From IMG/VR virus record IMGVR_UViG_3300019093_000014, positions 1-54,391 of that record: DNA of 54,391 nt; one strand, written 5' to 3'. The translations under genes were made by a program, and so were the position numbers. Source of the DNA: a virus (lineage: Duplodnaviria > Caudoviricetes). Positions 7,583-17,143 of this stretch are shown here, piece after piece (the stretch's first letter is position 1; the number at the start of each line of letters is the position of its first letter). The notes beneath the pieces are model-generated. The model was not told the origin of the DNA. It searched no databases and saw only the letters and a program-made list of their open reading frames with translations.

Positions 7583-9586
7583 ATGGATAAACATGTTTGG
7601 TTAGCAGAAAACGTTCTACCAAAAAACGACGGAACTGCACCTAGGAAAAAAAATCTTCAAAGCGTTACCTTTGAAAACGTAACTAGAAAAACTAGATTAA
7701 CTCTTTGTATTTTAGGGTGTTGGGGAATATATTTTCCTCCCTATAACCTAGCAAGATTATCTGGACTAACCAGAGCTGCTGGATTTAAAACCATTGTCTA
7801 TGATTTTAATGTTGATAGTCACCATAGGCTAAAACAATTTAATCTAGATGGCGCATGGGACGCCAATAACCACTACTATTGGTTTGAGGAAGATTATTTT
7901 AATAGATTACACTCTACACTAGAACCAATTTTAAGAGAGTATATAGATAAAATATTAGCTGATGACTCAGATATTATAGGATTTAGTCTATACGATACAA
8001 ATGTAGTGCCCACAGAATGGCTAATAAAAGAAATTAAAAAAATCAAACCAAATGTTAAAATTATAGTAGGTGGTCCAAATTGTCAAATGCCTGAATACAA
8101 TCCTTGTAAAGAAATTGACCATTATGTAATAGGCGAGGGTGAACAGGTACTAATTGATTTTTTAGAAAAATTTGAGAACAATGAACCTATATTAGATAGA
8201 AAATTAGGATCAGCATATAGCGATACAAGAATTGATATTGATAGTCTGCCATTACCAGATTATTCTGATTATGATTTTTCAAAATATACTAGTAGCTATG
8301 GGATAAGTGCAGAATTAAGCAGAGGTTGCGTAGCAAAATGCAGCTTTTGTAGAGAAACTTGGTTTTGGAAATATAGAAATAGAACTTCTGTAAGTATCTT
8401 AGATGAAGTTGAAGATCAATATAAAAAATATGGTATTAGCTTTATTTGGTTTATTGACAGCTTAGTCAACGGCAATCTTAAGGAACTTAGAGAATTTGTC
8501 AAAGGTGTTGTAGCAAGAGGATTAGATATTAAGTGGATGGGGTACTCTCGATGCGATGGGAGAATGGATTTAGAATATTTTCAAGACCTTAAAGCTGGTG
8601 GATGCGTTAATCTAAGTTTTGGAGTAGAATCTGGCAGTCAACATGTGTTAGACATGATGAGAAAAAAGGTTAAATTAAAAGAAATAAATGAAAATTTAAT
8701 TAATAGTAAAAAAGTAGGTATTTATAATCATGTTAATTGGATTGTTGGAGCCCCTGGGGAAACTATTCAAGCCATGGCCCATAGTCTGAATCTTATCTGG
8801 AATCATAGAAAAAATATTGATGGGATAAGCCCCGGTGCTACGTTAGGTGATAGCGCATTAACTGACTATGAATTCAACAGAGATCGATATGATATGAGCC
8901 CAACTGATCAGCTATTTTTAGGAAAGTGGTGGTCATTAGATTGGACTAATACTAAGCTTCATCGTTTCATAAGACTCAAATATTTTAATCTTTGGTTATT
9001 TTTATGTTCTGATAAAAAATACGGAGTTGTAAATAATAATCAAAATAGACCATTGATGCAAAATGACTATGAATTAGTGTTTGGGGATGATGTTTTTCTT
9101 GTGGATCAATTGGAATACGAAGAGTGGGATCACATGGTCATTAAACCAAATTTAGGAGTATTTGCAGATACTGTAGTAAATGAAATGTTCGGTGTTTTAC
9201 GTATGCTTTGGAGAGCCAAAGGAGCATATAGGATAAGCTTTTCTTTTGATAAGACCAAAGATAAAACAGAATTTGGTGAGTATATAAGCGATAACTTTGA
9301 TGCAAATATTGTATTTCAAATAGATCAAAATGGAATTTGGTCCAGTAAGCAAGAATATAAATTTCATCACGAGGGTGAATGGTGGTTAAAAGGCACTAAG
9401 TCTTTTCATTGTAAATGGGAAGGTCACGGTAAATGGTATGAAGATGCAAATTTATCTGAATCAACTACTACTTTTTTTGAAGGTAGCTCAGAAGGGGATA
9501 ATGAGTTAATATCATTAAAACATAGAGCTGGTGATAAAATAGTATCTGGGCAAACTAAAAAAGTGTTTATTATGGAAGTTATTTAG
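7583..9586 (+). CDS. Cobalamin (B12)-binding radical SAM protein (class B methyltransferase-like)
   Basis: N-terminal PPYNLARL...DIIGFS...IIVGGP...GEGE B12-binding pattern; SRGCVAKCSFC (CxxxCxxC); FGVESGSQ; IVGAPGET; about 230-aa unexplained C-terminal extension. Confidence 0.9.
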   Translation: MDKHVWLAENVLPKNDGTAPRKKNLQSVTFENVTRKTRLTLCILGCWGIYFPPYNLARLSGLTRAAGFKTIVYDFNVDSHHRLKQFNLDGAWDANNHYYWFEEDYFNRLHSTLEPILREYIDKILADDSDIIGFSLYDTNVVPTEWLIKEIKKIKPNVKIIVGGPNCQMPEYNPCKEIDHYVIGEGEQVLIDFLEKFENNEPILDRKLGSAYSDTRIDIDSLPLPDYSDYDFSKYTSSYGISAELSRGCVAKCSFCRETWFWKYRNRTSVSILDEVEDQYKKYGISFIWFIDSLVNGNLKELREFVKGVVARGLDIKWMGYSRCDGRMDLEYFQDLKAGGCVNLSFGVESGSQHVLDMMRKKVKLKEINENLINSKKVGIYNHVNWIVGAPGETIQAMAHSLNLIWNHRKNIDGISPGATLGDSALTDYEFNRDRYDMSPTDQLFLGKWWSLDWTNTKLHRFIRLKYFNLWLFLCSDKKYGVVNNNQNRPLMQNDYELVFGDDVFLVDQLEYEEWDHMVIKPNLGVFADTVVNEMFGVLRMLWRAKGAYRISFSFDKTKDKTEFGEYISDNFDANIVFQIDQNGIWSSKQEYKFHHEGEWWLKGTKSFHCKWEGHGKWYEDANLSESTTTFFEGSSEGDNELISLKHRAGDKIVSGQTKKVFIMEVI

Positions 9587-10955
9587 ATTCTATTATTTTT
9601 CTAATATTTCTACAATAGCAATCTTGCCCTAAAACTAATGTACCCACTGGCAAAGTATTTAAAAACCCTTTATAAAACTCTGTAGCCTTTTTCATTCCAA
9701 ACACAGTATTAGTAAAATCTGTAGCAAAAATATTACTAATATTAATTGCTGTCTTATCTACAAAATATTCCACTAAGCTAGTTGGGTGTTGTATGATATC
9801 AGCATTTGCAAATTTTACATTAACATTTCTAAATTTATCTATTAACTTATCAAAATTTAATTTACCCATAAAATATTCTTGAGTAATTTTAAAACTATTA
9901 TGAAAATCTAAAGTAAATTTTCCTTCTTTTCCAAAAACTTTATTTTGAAAAATTTTAAAATTGTCTTTATATGTAAAAGATTTTATTAAATCTTCTATAG
10001 GTTCGTTGTTATCATATATGTATTTGATCCATTCAATACTTAACGGGTTAAAATCATAAATGACAAGTTGACCGTTTTCGTTTATATTTCCCCTAAATAA
10101 TGTATCTAAAAATTTAAATCCAGCTGCTGGCAAAGCTATAGTATCAAATTTTTCTCCCATGAGTTCAAGGTCCATATTTTCACTATTCAATAACCATATT
10201 TGATCTTTAATAGATTTACATTGATTAATCAAGTTTTTTTGATTAGCATTTGCTTCGGGGTCGATATCTAATGTGGTTAATCCTTTAAAAAATCTTTCAG
10301 AATTATCTTCTGGATAGTAGTACGTTCTTTTATCTCTAACAGATTTAGGCCAATTTATTATATCAAAATCATTTCTAGCAGCAGTATCAATAAAATGCCA
10401 TCCTTGTTTGGCGTGGAATTGTTCTTTATATTCCCCATTAAATTTTATCCATAAAGGAGTATAGTCATCATGAAAATTTTCAACACTTCGTTCTATGACA
10501 GGAAGCTCTTTTGTTGTTCCAAACCATCCTCCAAATTTAGGAGAACCTGCCTTAATCCATTTTTTTGTATCAACTAATAAAAATTGATGATGTAACTCAT
10601 ACCATTTATCTTTCCAATCTAATACGTGAGCTGCTACAAAATAGTTTGGATTATTTTTTATTATTTCTTTTATTTCAAATAAGACGGACATGTCAAAAAT
10701 ACGTACACCTCCTGCAATCAACAAAACATGATCATATTCATTTGACAAATCATATAACGCGGTTTCAATGTTTATCGATTGATGTATGTCTATTGGGGGA
10801 TTTTTATCATTTGATAGTTGTTGAAATCTTAACGCATAAAATGTAGTAAACTCCATCATTCTATCCTCTAATTCATCATGTTTTAGGGCATCACTTGGAA
10901 AAATACAAATAGCTAGGTTTACGTCATTAATAAATGGTTCGGTAATTATGTTCAT
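9579..10955 (-). CDS. Hypothetical protein, possible GT-A-like plus Rossmann/methyltransferase-like fusion
   Basis: 458 aa. N-half YDHVLLIAGG...FLLVD..KW; C-half PAAGFK...LVIYDFNP...NADII...INISNIF. Domain call is impressionistic. Confidence 0.5.
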   Translation of the reverse strand: MNIITEPFINDVNLAICIFPSDALKHDELEDRMMEFTTFYALRFQQLSNDKNPPIDIHQSINIETALYDLSNEYDHVLLIAGGVRIFDMSVLFEIKEIIKNNPNYFVAAHVLDWKDKWYELHHQFLLVDTKKWIKAGSPKFGGWFGTTKELPVIERSVENFHDDYTPLWIKFNGEYKEQFHAKQGWHFIDTAARNDFDIINWPKSVRDKRTYYYPEDNSERFFKGLTTLDIDPEANANQKNLINQCKSIKDQIWLLNSENMDLELMGEKFDTIALPAAGFKFLDTLFRGNINENGQLVIYDFNPLSIEWIKYIYDNNEPIEDLIKSFTYKDNFKIFQNKVFGKEGKFTLDFHNSFKITQEYFMGKLNFDKLIDKFRNVNVKFANADIIQHPTSLVEYFVDKTAINISNIFATDFTNTVFGMKKATEFYKGFLNTLPVGTLVLGQDCYCRNIRKIIESK

Positions 10956-11641
10956 AGTTGTTTTAAAGATTCACTTATAAGAGGTTGTATATTGAGACAA
11001 GTTTCCCCATGAATAATTAAATGATATCTATTTTTATCACTATTATTCCAAACAGCATGTTTGATTCCTAAATCTAAAATAAATCCTCTTCCTGGTTTAA
11101 AAGGAACTATTCCGTAATTTTCAAAAACAAATTCACAATCATCGGGGTTGGTCAGTGCAAAATTAAAAGGCCCAAATATCCGCCCGGTTCCATCAGTATG
11201 TGGCATTATATAACCATTAGGCGATAATTTCATAATCCTAATTCTGCCATAGTTCTTAAATGGAAGGGATTTGATAAACTCTGTTAATTTAGGGATTAAT
11301 TTACAAACACTTGTCCAAGTGTAACCGGCATCATCTTGGCTTTTAAAGCCGTATTGACTAAAATCTTCTGTTTTATCGTATTCGATTCCATGAATTGTCA
11401 CTGATTGCCAACCTTCATGTCCGTACGATTTAAATTTATCTTTACTTCTATGAAAAACAAAATAATCATCTAGAATAGTTAACTCATCTAAAAATTCTTG
11501 TTCGAAATAGTTATTGACAAATAAAGGTGCCCAAGGCCAATCACTCTGCCAAATATTCATTGGGACATTCTTAGGGACCCAATTATTTTTTTTATTTTTG
11601 AAAAAAAATTCTTTTAATTCTTCATTCATTTTATTAATCAC
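10952..11641 (-). CDS. 2OG-Fe(II) oxygenase, aspartyl/asparaginyl beta-hydroxylase-like
   Basis: RIRIMKLSPNGYIMPHTD (HxD)...HAVWNNS...RYHLII (distal His, 2OG-binding Arg). Confidence 0.85.
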   Translation of the reverse strand: MINKMNEELKEFFFKNKKNNWVPKNVPMNIWQSDWPWAPLFVNNYFEQEFLDELTILDDYFVFHRSKDKFKSYGHEGWQSVTIHGIEYDKTEDFSQYGFKSQDDAGYTWTSVCKLIPKLTEFIKSLPFKNYGRIRIMKLSPNGYIMPHTDGTGRIFGPFNFALTNPDDCEFVFENYGIVPFKPGRGFILDLGIKHAVWNNSDKNRYHLIIHGETCLNIQPLISESLKQL

Positions 11642-12702
11642 ACTTGTTCTAGAATAATTTTTATTGTTTTATTTTTTTTAAGTTGAAATTCGCCATCATC
11701 GTCAAAATTTCTAACATTTTCATTATTTTTAATAATTGGGTGTTTTTTGTCAAAAACTGGCACCTTAGAAATTGAAACATCTGTTCCACAATGACATATA
11801 TGCTGTACACAAATTTCTGCTGTTACAGGTAATTCATTTTTTTCATGTTCATTAATATGAAACAAATCACCGCCTTGGAAACAATTACCTTTTTTAACCC
11901 AGCCCTCGAAACTTATAAAAAGACTTTCTAAACCAATATTACATGCCCACCCTCTAAAATCATTTTGTTCTGCGTTAATTAAAACGTTTGTATCACCGTG
12001 TTGATCCATGGTTCCGTCGTCATAATAAAATTCAGAATGTCCTAGTTTGCTTTTGTATTTAGGATTATTAGTCAAATATTTGTATATTGAAGCACTTTTT
12101 CCTACATTATTCTTAAACCATTCTTCCTGTTCGTCAGTATAATTGTTTCCTATAACTTTACCGGCCATTTCTGATAAAATTCTCACAGGTTCTACTTTTA
12201 TAAATGGACAATTCATATATTCATTAAATCTCTCAACACATTGGTCCCAATAACGATTGTCCATCATAATCCTAATAGCTACATGAGTATGGTTTGACGC
12301 TTTAATTGCCTTATCTAATAAAAATTTATCTTCAAATTGCGGATGATAACTAAAACAAATATAGCTTAGATAAGGAGCTATTTCATCCCAGTAACTAACA
12401 CTTCTGACACCATTACTTGTTATGCCAACACTATTGCCTGAATCATAAAATATTTTAACAAGTTCTCGAAAAAATGGACTTAGTGTAGGCTCGCCACCGG
12501 ATATAGAACAATGAATTGATTTGTATCTGTTTATTAATCGATTAATGAAAGATTTAGCCTTTTCCCAATCATAATGATGATTTGTTCCGGCATGAAGGGA
12601 GGGAGGGCAGTAATCACATTGGTTAGTACATATGTTATTGATCACCCAAGTCAACTGCATAATGTTTTTTGATTGTCTTATCTGAATGACTTTTTTATCC
12701 AT
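11638..12702 (-). CDS. Radical SAM protein with C-terminal SPASM/twitch-like cysteines
   Basis: CTNQCDYC, SGGEPTL, TSNG; C-terminal CNIG...GNC...CVQHICHC. Start moved to ATG 12702 (MDKKVIQI), leaving an 8-nt overlap instead of 119 nt. Confidence 0.88.
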   Translation of the reverse strand: MDKKVIQIRQSKNIMQLTWVINNICTNQCDYCPPSLHAGTNHHYDWEKAKSFINRLINRYKSIHCSISGGEPTLSPFFRELVKIFYDSGNSVGITSNGVRSVSYWDEIAPYLSYICFSYHPQFEDKFLLDKAIKASNHTHVAIRIMMDNRYWDQCVERFNEYMNCPFIKVEPVRILSEMAGKVIGNNYTDEQEEWFKNNVGKSASIYKYLTNNPKYKSKLGHSEFYYDDGTMDQHGDTNVLINAEQNDFRGWACNIGLESLFISFEGWVKKGNCFQGGDLFHINEHEKNELPVTAEICVQHICHCGTDVSISKVPVFDKKHPIIKNNENVRNFDDDGEFQLKKNKTIKIILEQV

Positions 12703-13675
12703 GATCCATAATTTCCATATATCTAATTGATTCAAAACTTGTAAATATCTGATCATTCCATGCAAGCTTAGTATCACTATTTGGAACTTGCCAATTTCTT
12801 TGATCAGGATCAAAATCCATAAAATATTTATAATTAGTTATCAATTGTCCAATTTTAAATCGACCAAAACAAAACTTATTTAAATTATCAATAGGCACTT
12901 TCTTTCTTAACTCATAAGGCATATCAGCTAACCATTTTTCTATATGAAGGCCTCTATGATAATCAGAACAGTCAGGACCAAAGTTTATCCAAGTTTCTGC
13001 TGAAAACCTTTCTTGAGGTCTAACTTGATCTCGTTCTATCACTTCTAAATCGTTATCAGCATTGACCTTTAGCCAATCTTTACCTAAAGTGTTATATCCT
13101 AAATAAAGTCCGCCCCATTTAAAATCACGTTGCAACCAAATTTTGTCTGATTCTAGAATAGGTTGAAAAGTATCCTGAGGATAATAATCAACAAGTACTG
13201 CCATATTTGGAAAAGGATTATTATTACTTTTAACAACATCCTCATGTAAATGTATTAATTCGTTTAGTTTTAAAAAATTTTCATGTAACTCTTTTGTCCA
13301 AAAAACTTCGCCTAGCGCTGCTTTTGATTGTAATTCTACCAAATAATTTATTCGATCACCGTATTTTTCAAACTCTTCATGTAATGCATTTAATTCAAAC
13401 TCAGATAACTCACCTTTATTATCAAACCATGGAAGTTTGGAATCATAAATATTGTTTATTTTGATCACACAATCGTAGAGATCTTGTCTAACTCTGTCAA
13501 TATTTTTGTAAGTAGTATTTGTAAATCTATAAGTTAATTTTTTATTTTCATTTACTTGGTTTTTTAGGAATATATTAATCCATCTTCTTGCTAATTTGCT
13601 ATCATATATATTGAAGTATAAAGGATGCATTTCACCAGTTCTAGATATAAATTCTATCTTTAATTTTTTATTCAT
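12695..13675 (-). CDS. Hypothetical protein
   Basis: 326-aa ORF with AAGGA RBS, coupled between radical SAM genes; LNALHEEFE, LNELIHLHE and LYLGYNTLGK motifs. Confidence 0.75.
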   Translation of the reverse strand: MNKKLKIEFISRTGEMHPLYFNIYDSKLARRWINIFLKNQVNENKKLTYRFTNTTYKNIDRVRQDLYDCVIKINNIYDSKLPWFDNKGELSEFELNALHEEFEKYGDRINYLVELQSKAALGEVFWTKELHENFLKLNELIHLHEDVVKSNNNPFPNMAVLVDYYPQDTFQPILESDKIWLQRDFKWGGLYLGYNTLGKDWLKVNADNDLEVIERDQVRPQERFSAETWINFGPDCSDYHRGLHIEKWLADMPYELRKKVPIDNLNKFCFGRFKIGQLITNYKYFMDFDPDQRNWQVPNSDTKLAWNDQIFTSFESIRYMEIMDHG

Positions 13676-14936
13676 AATGATTCCTTAATATATTATAATA
13701 ATCATTATATACATCTTTGAATTTTATTGGTCTAATGGAATCTAATTTTTCAATATAATCTAATAGATCTAAAAATAAATGACTATTGTCCTGAGAATTC
13801 ATTAAGTCTAACTGAGATTTAATTCTTTTCTGCCAAAATACATGCTGATTTAAAAAATCAAAAGATTCCCAATGGTTTATGATTTGCTTTTTAATTTCCT
13901 TAGGCAATACTGTTAAAGACAGGTATTTTGGCCAATGTGTAAATCCAACATAAAATAACCCAAAATGCTTTACCCCAATTTTTTTAAATTTTTGATCAAC
14001 TAATTTCATAGCAAAATTAGGCAAATTATAAACATTCATTGCATGTACAGTTGTTAAAATATTAACTTTTATATTGTTAGGGGAATTATCTAAAATTTTT
14101 AGGTTTTCGTATATTGTTGCCCAATCAGCAGGGTACCTAACATATTCGTTTCTTTCTGCCCAATCATCAATACTAAGTGAAAGCTCAACACCTTTAAATT
14201 TCTTCCATAGATCAAAAAATTTATCTTTTAATACTGTAGCATTAGTATGATATCTTAAAACAATATGTTCACAATCTCCAGTATCAACAAGATATTTTAT
14301 AAATGCTTCGTGATCTTTAATTAATAACGGTTCGCCACCCCCAAAAATGATATGTTTAATATCAGGTGCAAGATATTGTAAACTTTCCTGATTATGTTCT
14401 AAATGAAACCAATCAAACATTTTTGTATCGTCAATACTATTTGCTTTAAATTCCCAGTCTGATTTAGCCGTAGGATATACTAATATTTCGCTTAATTTTT
14501 TACTATCATTTAACCACTTACTGCTGTCCATCGGTCTGCACATAACGCATTGTAAATTACAAGTATTTCCAATTCTTAAATCTAAAGTTATGGGGTTAGT
14601 ATCAACAGATCCGTCTTCTTTGGTATTTTTTATTAAATTTTCTACAAACTCTTGTCCTAAGTTATTAATCCATAATTTATTTTCTATTTGACGATGACTT
14701 ATAATACCACTATCTTCTTCACTCCAGCAAGTGGAGCACTGACTGATTCTTTCCCCATTTAAAAAAGATATTCTTGCTTTTTTAAAATTTTCACTATTCC
14801 AAATCATTATAGGAGATTGATTATTTAAATTTAATCCAACTTCTGGTTTAGCTACACAACATAGTGGTACTTCGCCACTATTGTATGACGCAAAATGAAT
14901 CCATGGCTGAATACAAAAATTCTTTTTATCTAACAT
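13668..14936 (-). CDS. Radical SAM protein with N-terminal twitch/SPASM domain
   Basis: N-terminal FCIQPW...LCC...CSTCW; LDLRIGNTCNLQCVMC; GGGEPL; TNAT; SIDD...NEYVRYP..W. Confidence 0.9.
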   Translation of the reverse strand: MLDKKNFCIQPWIHFASYNSGEVPLCCVAKPEVGLNLNNQSPIMIWNSENFKKARISFLNGERISQCSTCWSEEDSGIISHRQIENKLWINNLGQEFVENLIKNTKEDGSVDTNPITLDLRIGNTCNLQCVMCRPMDSSKWLNDSKKLSEILVYPTAKSDWEFKANSIDDTKMFDWFHLEHNQESLQYLAPDIKHIIFGGGEPLLIKDHEAFIKYLVDTGDCEHIVLRYHTNATVLKDKFFDLWKKFKGVELSLSIDDWAERNEYVRYPADWATIYENLKILDNSPNNIKVNILTTVHAMNVYNLPNFAMKLVDQKFKKIGVKHFGLFYVGFTHWPKYLSLTVLPKEIKKQIINHWESFDFLNQHVFWQKRIKSQLDLMNSQDNSHLFLDLLDYIEKLDSIRPIKFKDVYNDYYNILRNHYE

Positions 14937-16245
14937 TATTCATCCAAAAATATAATCTTTGATCAACATCTTCTAAATTTTGAGATCTTTCTCTATCCAA
15001 CGATTCAGTATAAATTTTAAATCTCTGAACTTCCTCACTCCAGTTTATGTTCCTAGGTTTTTGTAAAAGACCTATTATTCCTTGAAGACTGTTCATTGTT
15101 GCTTCAGGATGATAACCCATTTTAGTTTCTTTAAAGTTTAAAATTTCATCCAATGCTTGTTTTCGTAAATCGTCAGGTAATATATCGATATTCAAATGAT
15201 GAGGGTGTATATTGATTAAAAAATCAATAAAAATATTTTTATTATACTTGTTATTTAGATATTCAACCCATTGTAAAATATCTACAATATTAAAAATGTT
15301 GTATACTTGAACTGTAGGTGTTATCCCTAGATGAACTGAAGGAATTTTAACTAACTGCTCAACATTATTACTAATTGCGGACCAATCACTCGGTGATCTA
15401 ATATATTCATTTACTATGCCTATTCCATCAATACTGGCATTTATTTTAATTTCTTTAAACTTTCCAATAATTTCTAACCAATTTTTATTTAAATTAGTAC
15501 AGTTTGTGTTAAAGAATAATAATAAATCGCTTCTATTTGCTTCTATGCATTTTTGCATAAATTTAAAATTATTTTTTATTAACGTTGGTTCTCCCCCGGT
15601 CATATAAACTTTTTTTAATTTTGGTATTAAACTTATAATCTGATCCCACATTATATTGTGGTCAAACCAAACTTGATCTTCCATGACTGTCAATGGAAAT
15701 CTACCAAAAGTTTTCTTCCAAACAGACGCATAATCACTATCCTTTTCATTTAGCTCTATATGTTCCTTTGCTATTTGACTACTGTTCCAAGGATTACACA
15801 TTCTACATTTTAGATTACATAAATTACCAAGTCTTAAATCTAAATAAACAAGATCATCAAAAATATGGCCTTCATTTTCTAATGCTTGATCAATGATATT
15901 TTCTAATTGAGATTCCCCTAATCTCGACGACCATTCTTGATTTGCATGTTGTCGATTACTGGTTCTTCCGCTTTCCTCTTGAAGATAACAAACTTTACAC
16001 CCTTCTATTTTATTATCATTTAACATGTTAATTCTTATAGATTTTAAATCAGAAGAGTTCCATGCATCGCGTACAAAATTATCTTTACAAGAATAAAAAT
16101 TATTATTTTCATTTTTTAATTTATTATGAGATCCTTTAACCATACAGCAATACCTGACAGTAGTATCAGTATTAATCATCAAACTAACAAAAGGAATCGC
16201 ACAAAAACTTTGATTGTTAAAAAGATCTTTTAATTTTTTAGTCAT
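14926..16245 (-). CDS. Radical SAM protein with N-terminal twitch/SPASM domain (paralogue of 13668-14936)
   Basis: FCAIPF...YCC...CKVCY; LDLRLGNLCNLKCRMC; TGGEPT; NTNCT; SIDG...NEYIRSP..W. Confidence 0.9.
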   Translation of the reverse strand: MTKKLKDLFNNQSFCAIPFVSLMINTDTTVRYCCMVKGSHNKLKNENNNFYSCKDNFVRDAWNSSDLKSIRINMLNDNKIEGCKVCYLQEESGRTSNRQHANQEWSSRLGESQLENIIDQALENEGHIFDDLVYLDLRLGNLCNLKCRMCNPWNSSQIAKEHIELNEKDSDYASVWKKTFGRFPLTVMEDQVWFDHNIMWDQIISLIPKLKKVYMTGGEPTLIKNNFKFMQKCIEANRSDLLLFFNTNCTNLNKNWLEIIGKFKEIKINASIDGIGIVNEYIRSPSDWSAISNNVEQLVKIPSVHLGITPTVQVYNIFNIVDILQWVEYLNNKYNKNIFIDFLINIHPHHLNIDILPDDLRKQALDEILNFKETKMGYHPEATMNSLQGIIGLLQKPRNINWSEEVQRFKIYTESLDRERSQNLEDVDQRLYFWMNNVR

Positions 16246-17143
16246 TTTCTATTAAATCAACTCTATTATGAGGTTGATATACCATTTTGAAAAATTTAGA
16301 TTGTATACTGCCCAATGTGGCTACACTTAAATCTAAATTGTTAACTAATTCTTTTGCATAAAAATCTAATCTCTCAATGAGATCCATTTCTTTAACTTGA
16401 CTATGCCACATGTCTGTTAAATAGTCAAAATCTCGCACATTACGATAATCCCAATCAGTTAAATTGGTCATATAGCAGCCTTGTCTAGCACCCATCATAG
16501 CCCATAACCCGTTGTCAACGTCACTGCCAATATTACACCATATCATTAGTCTATGTAAGTTTTTCCAATGCACACCTTCTTTTACTGTAACTTTGGTCAA
16601 CTTGGCGCCACGGTCTAGACTCATTTTCACACCTTCTCTAAACCCTGCTCGCCATGCTTGAAAAGGTGTAGCGTTGTTATGTACATCGCTATAACAACCA
16701 TTCATTTGAATGTATTGATTATCCCAACAGAAATCAACTTGGCCCACGCGATCTTTAGGATCAGCATTTTCATGTGTACGCATGTTCATGACAAAGTCCA
16801 CAGTCCAACATTTTAGACCGCCATTGCCATACATTAGGCCATTGATAATATTATATCCACTCCAACTGATCACGCTATTTTCTAAATTGGGATATTTGGC
16901 TATGTCTATTTCTATGTTTAGAAAATCCCCACGAATTATGTTGTCGCCGTCCACTGTAGTAAATCTTGGAGTTTCGCTTAATTGAGCACAGGCTTTGTGG
17001 GCACTGTCACTGCCTTTAACTCCGTGTACACGTTTTGCCCAAGGCACTTTGGTCAATAAATCTGCATAATTTTTCTCAGCATTTGGTTCATCATAACTGA
17101 GATATATGATATCATAATCGAGTGGTCTGAATATTTTTGTCAT
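16238..17143 (-). CDS. Putative GT-A fold glycosyltransferase
   Basis: DIIYLSYDEP...VHGVKG..SAH...FTTVDGDN (DxD)...YGNGGLK...AWRAGFRE. Confidence 0.55.
   Translation of the reverse strand: MTKIFRPLDYDIIYLSYDEPNAEKNYADLLTKVPWAKRVHGVKGSDSAHKACAQLSETPRFTTVDGDNIIRGDFLNIEIDIAKYPNLENSVISWSGYNIINGLMYGNGGLKCWTVDFVMNMRTHENADPKDRVGQVDFCWDNQYIQMNGCYSDVHNNATPFQAWRAGFREGVKMSLDRGAKLTKVTVKEGVHWKNLHRLMIWCNIGSDVDNGLWAMMGARQGCYMTNLTDWDYRNVRDFDYLTDMWHSQVKEMDLIERLDFYAKELVNNLDLSVATLGSIQSKFFKMVYQPHNRVDLIEND

Noticed and set aside
12703-12813. N-terminal extension of the 11638 radical SAM ORF (likewise 7531-7584 for the SGNH ORF)
   Set aside because: These extensions would overlap the upstream gene by 119 nt or run across promoter motifs; downstream ATGs fit better.
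9579-16245. Classical RiPP cluster
   Set aside because: Genes overlap end to end with no room for a precursor peptide, and no RRE/PqqD, peptidase or exporter was recognised. A distant precursor cannot be excluded.
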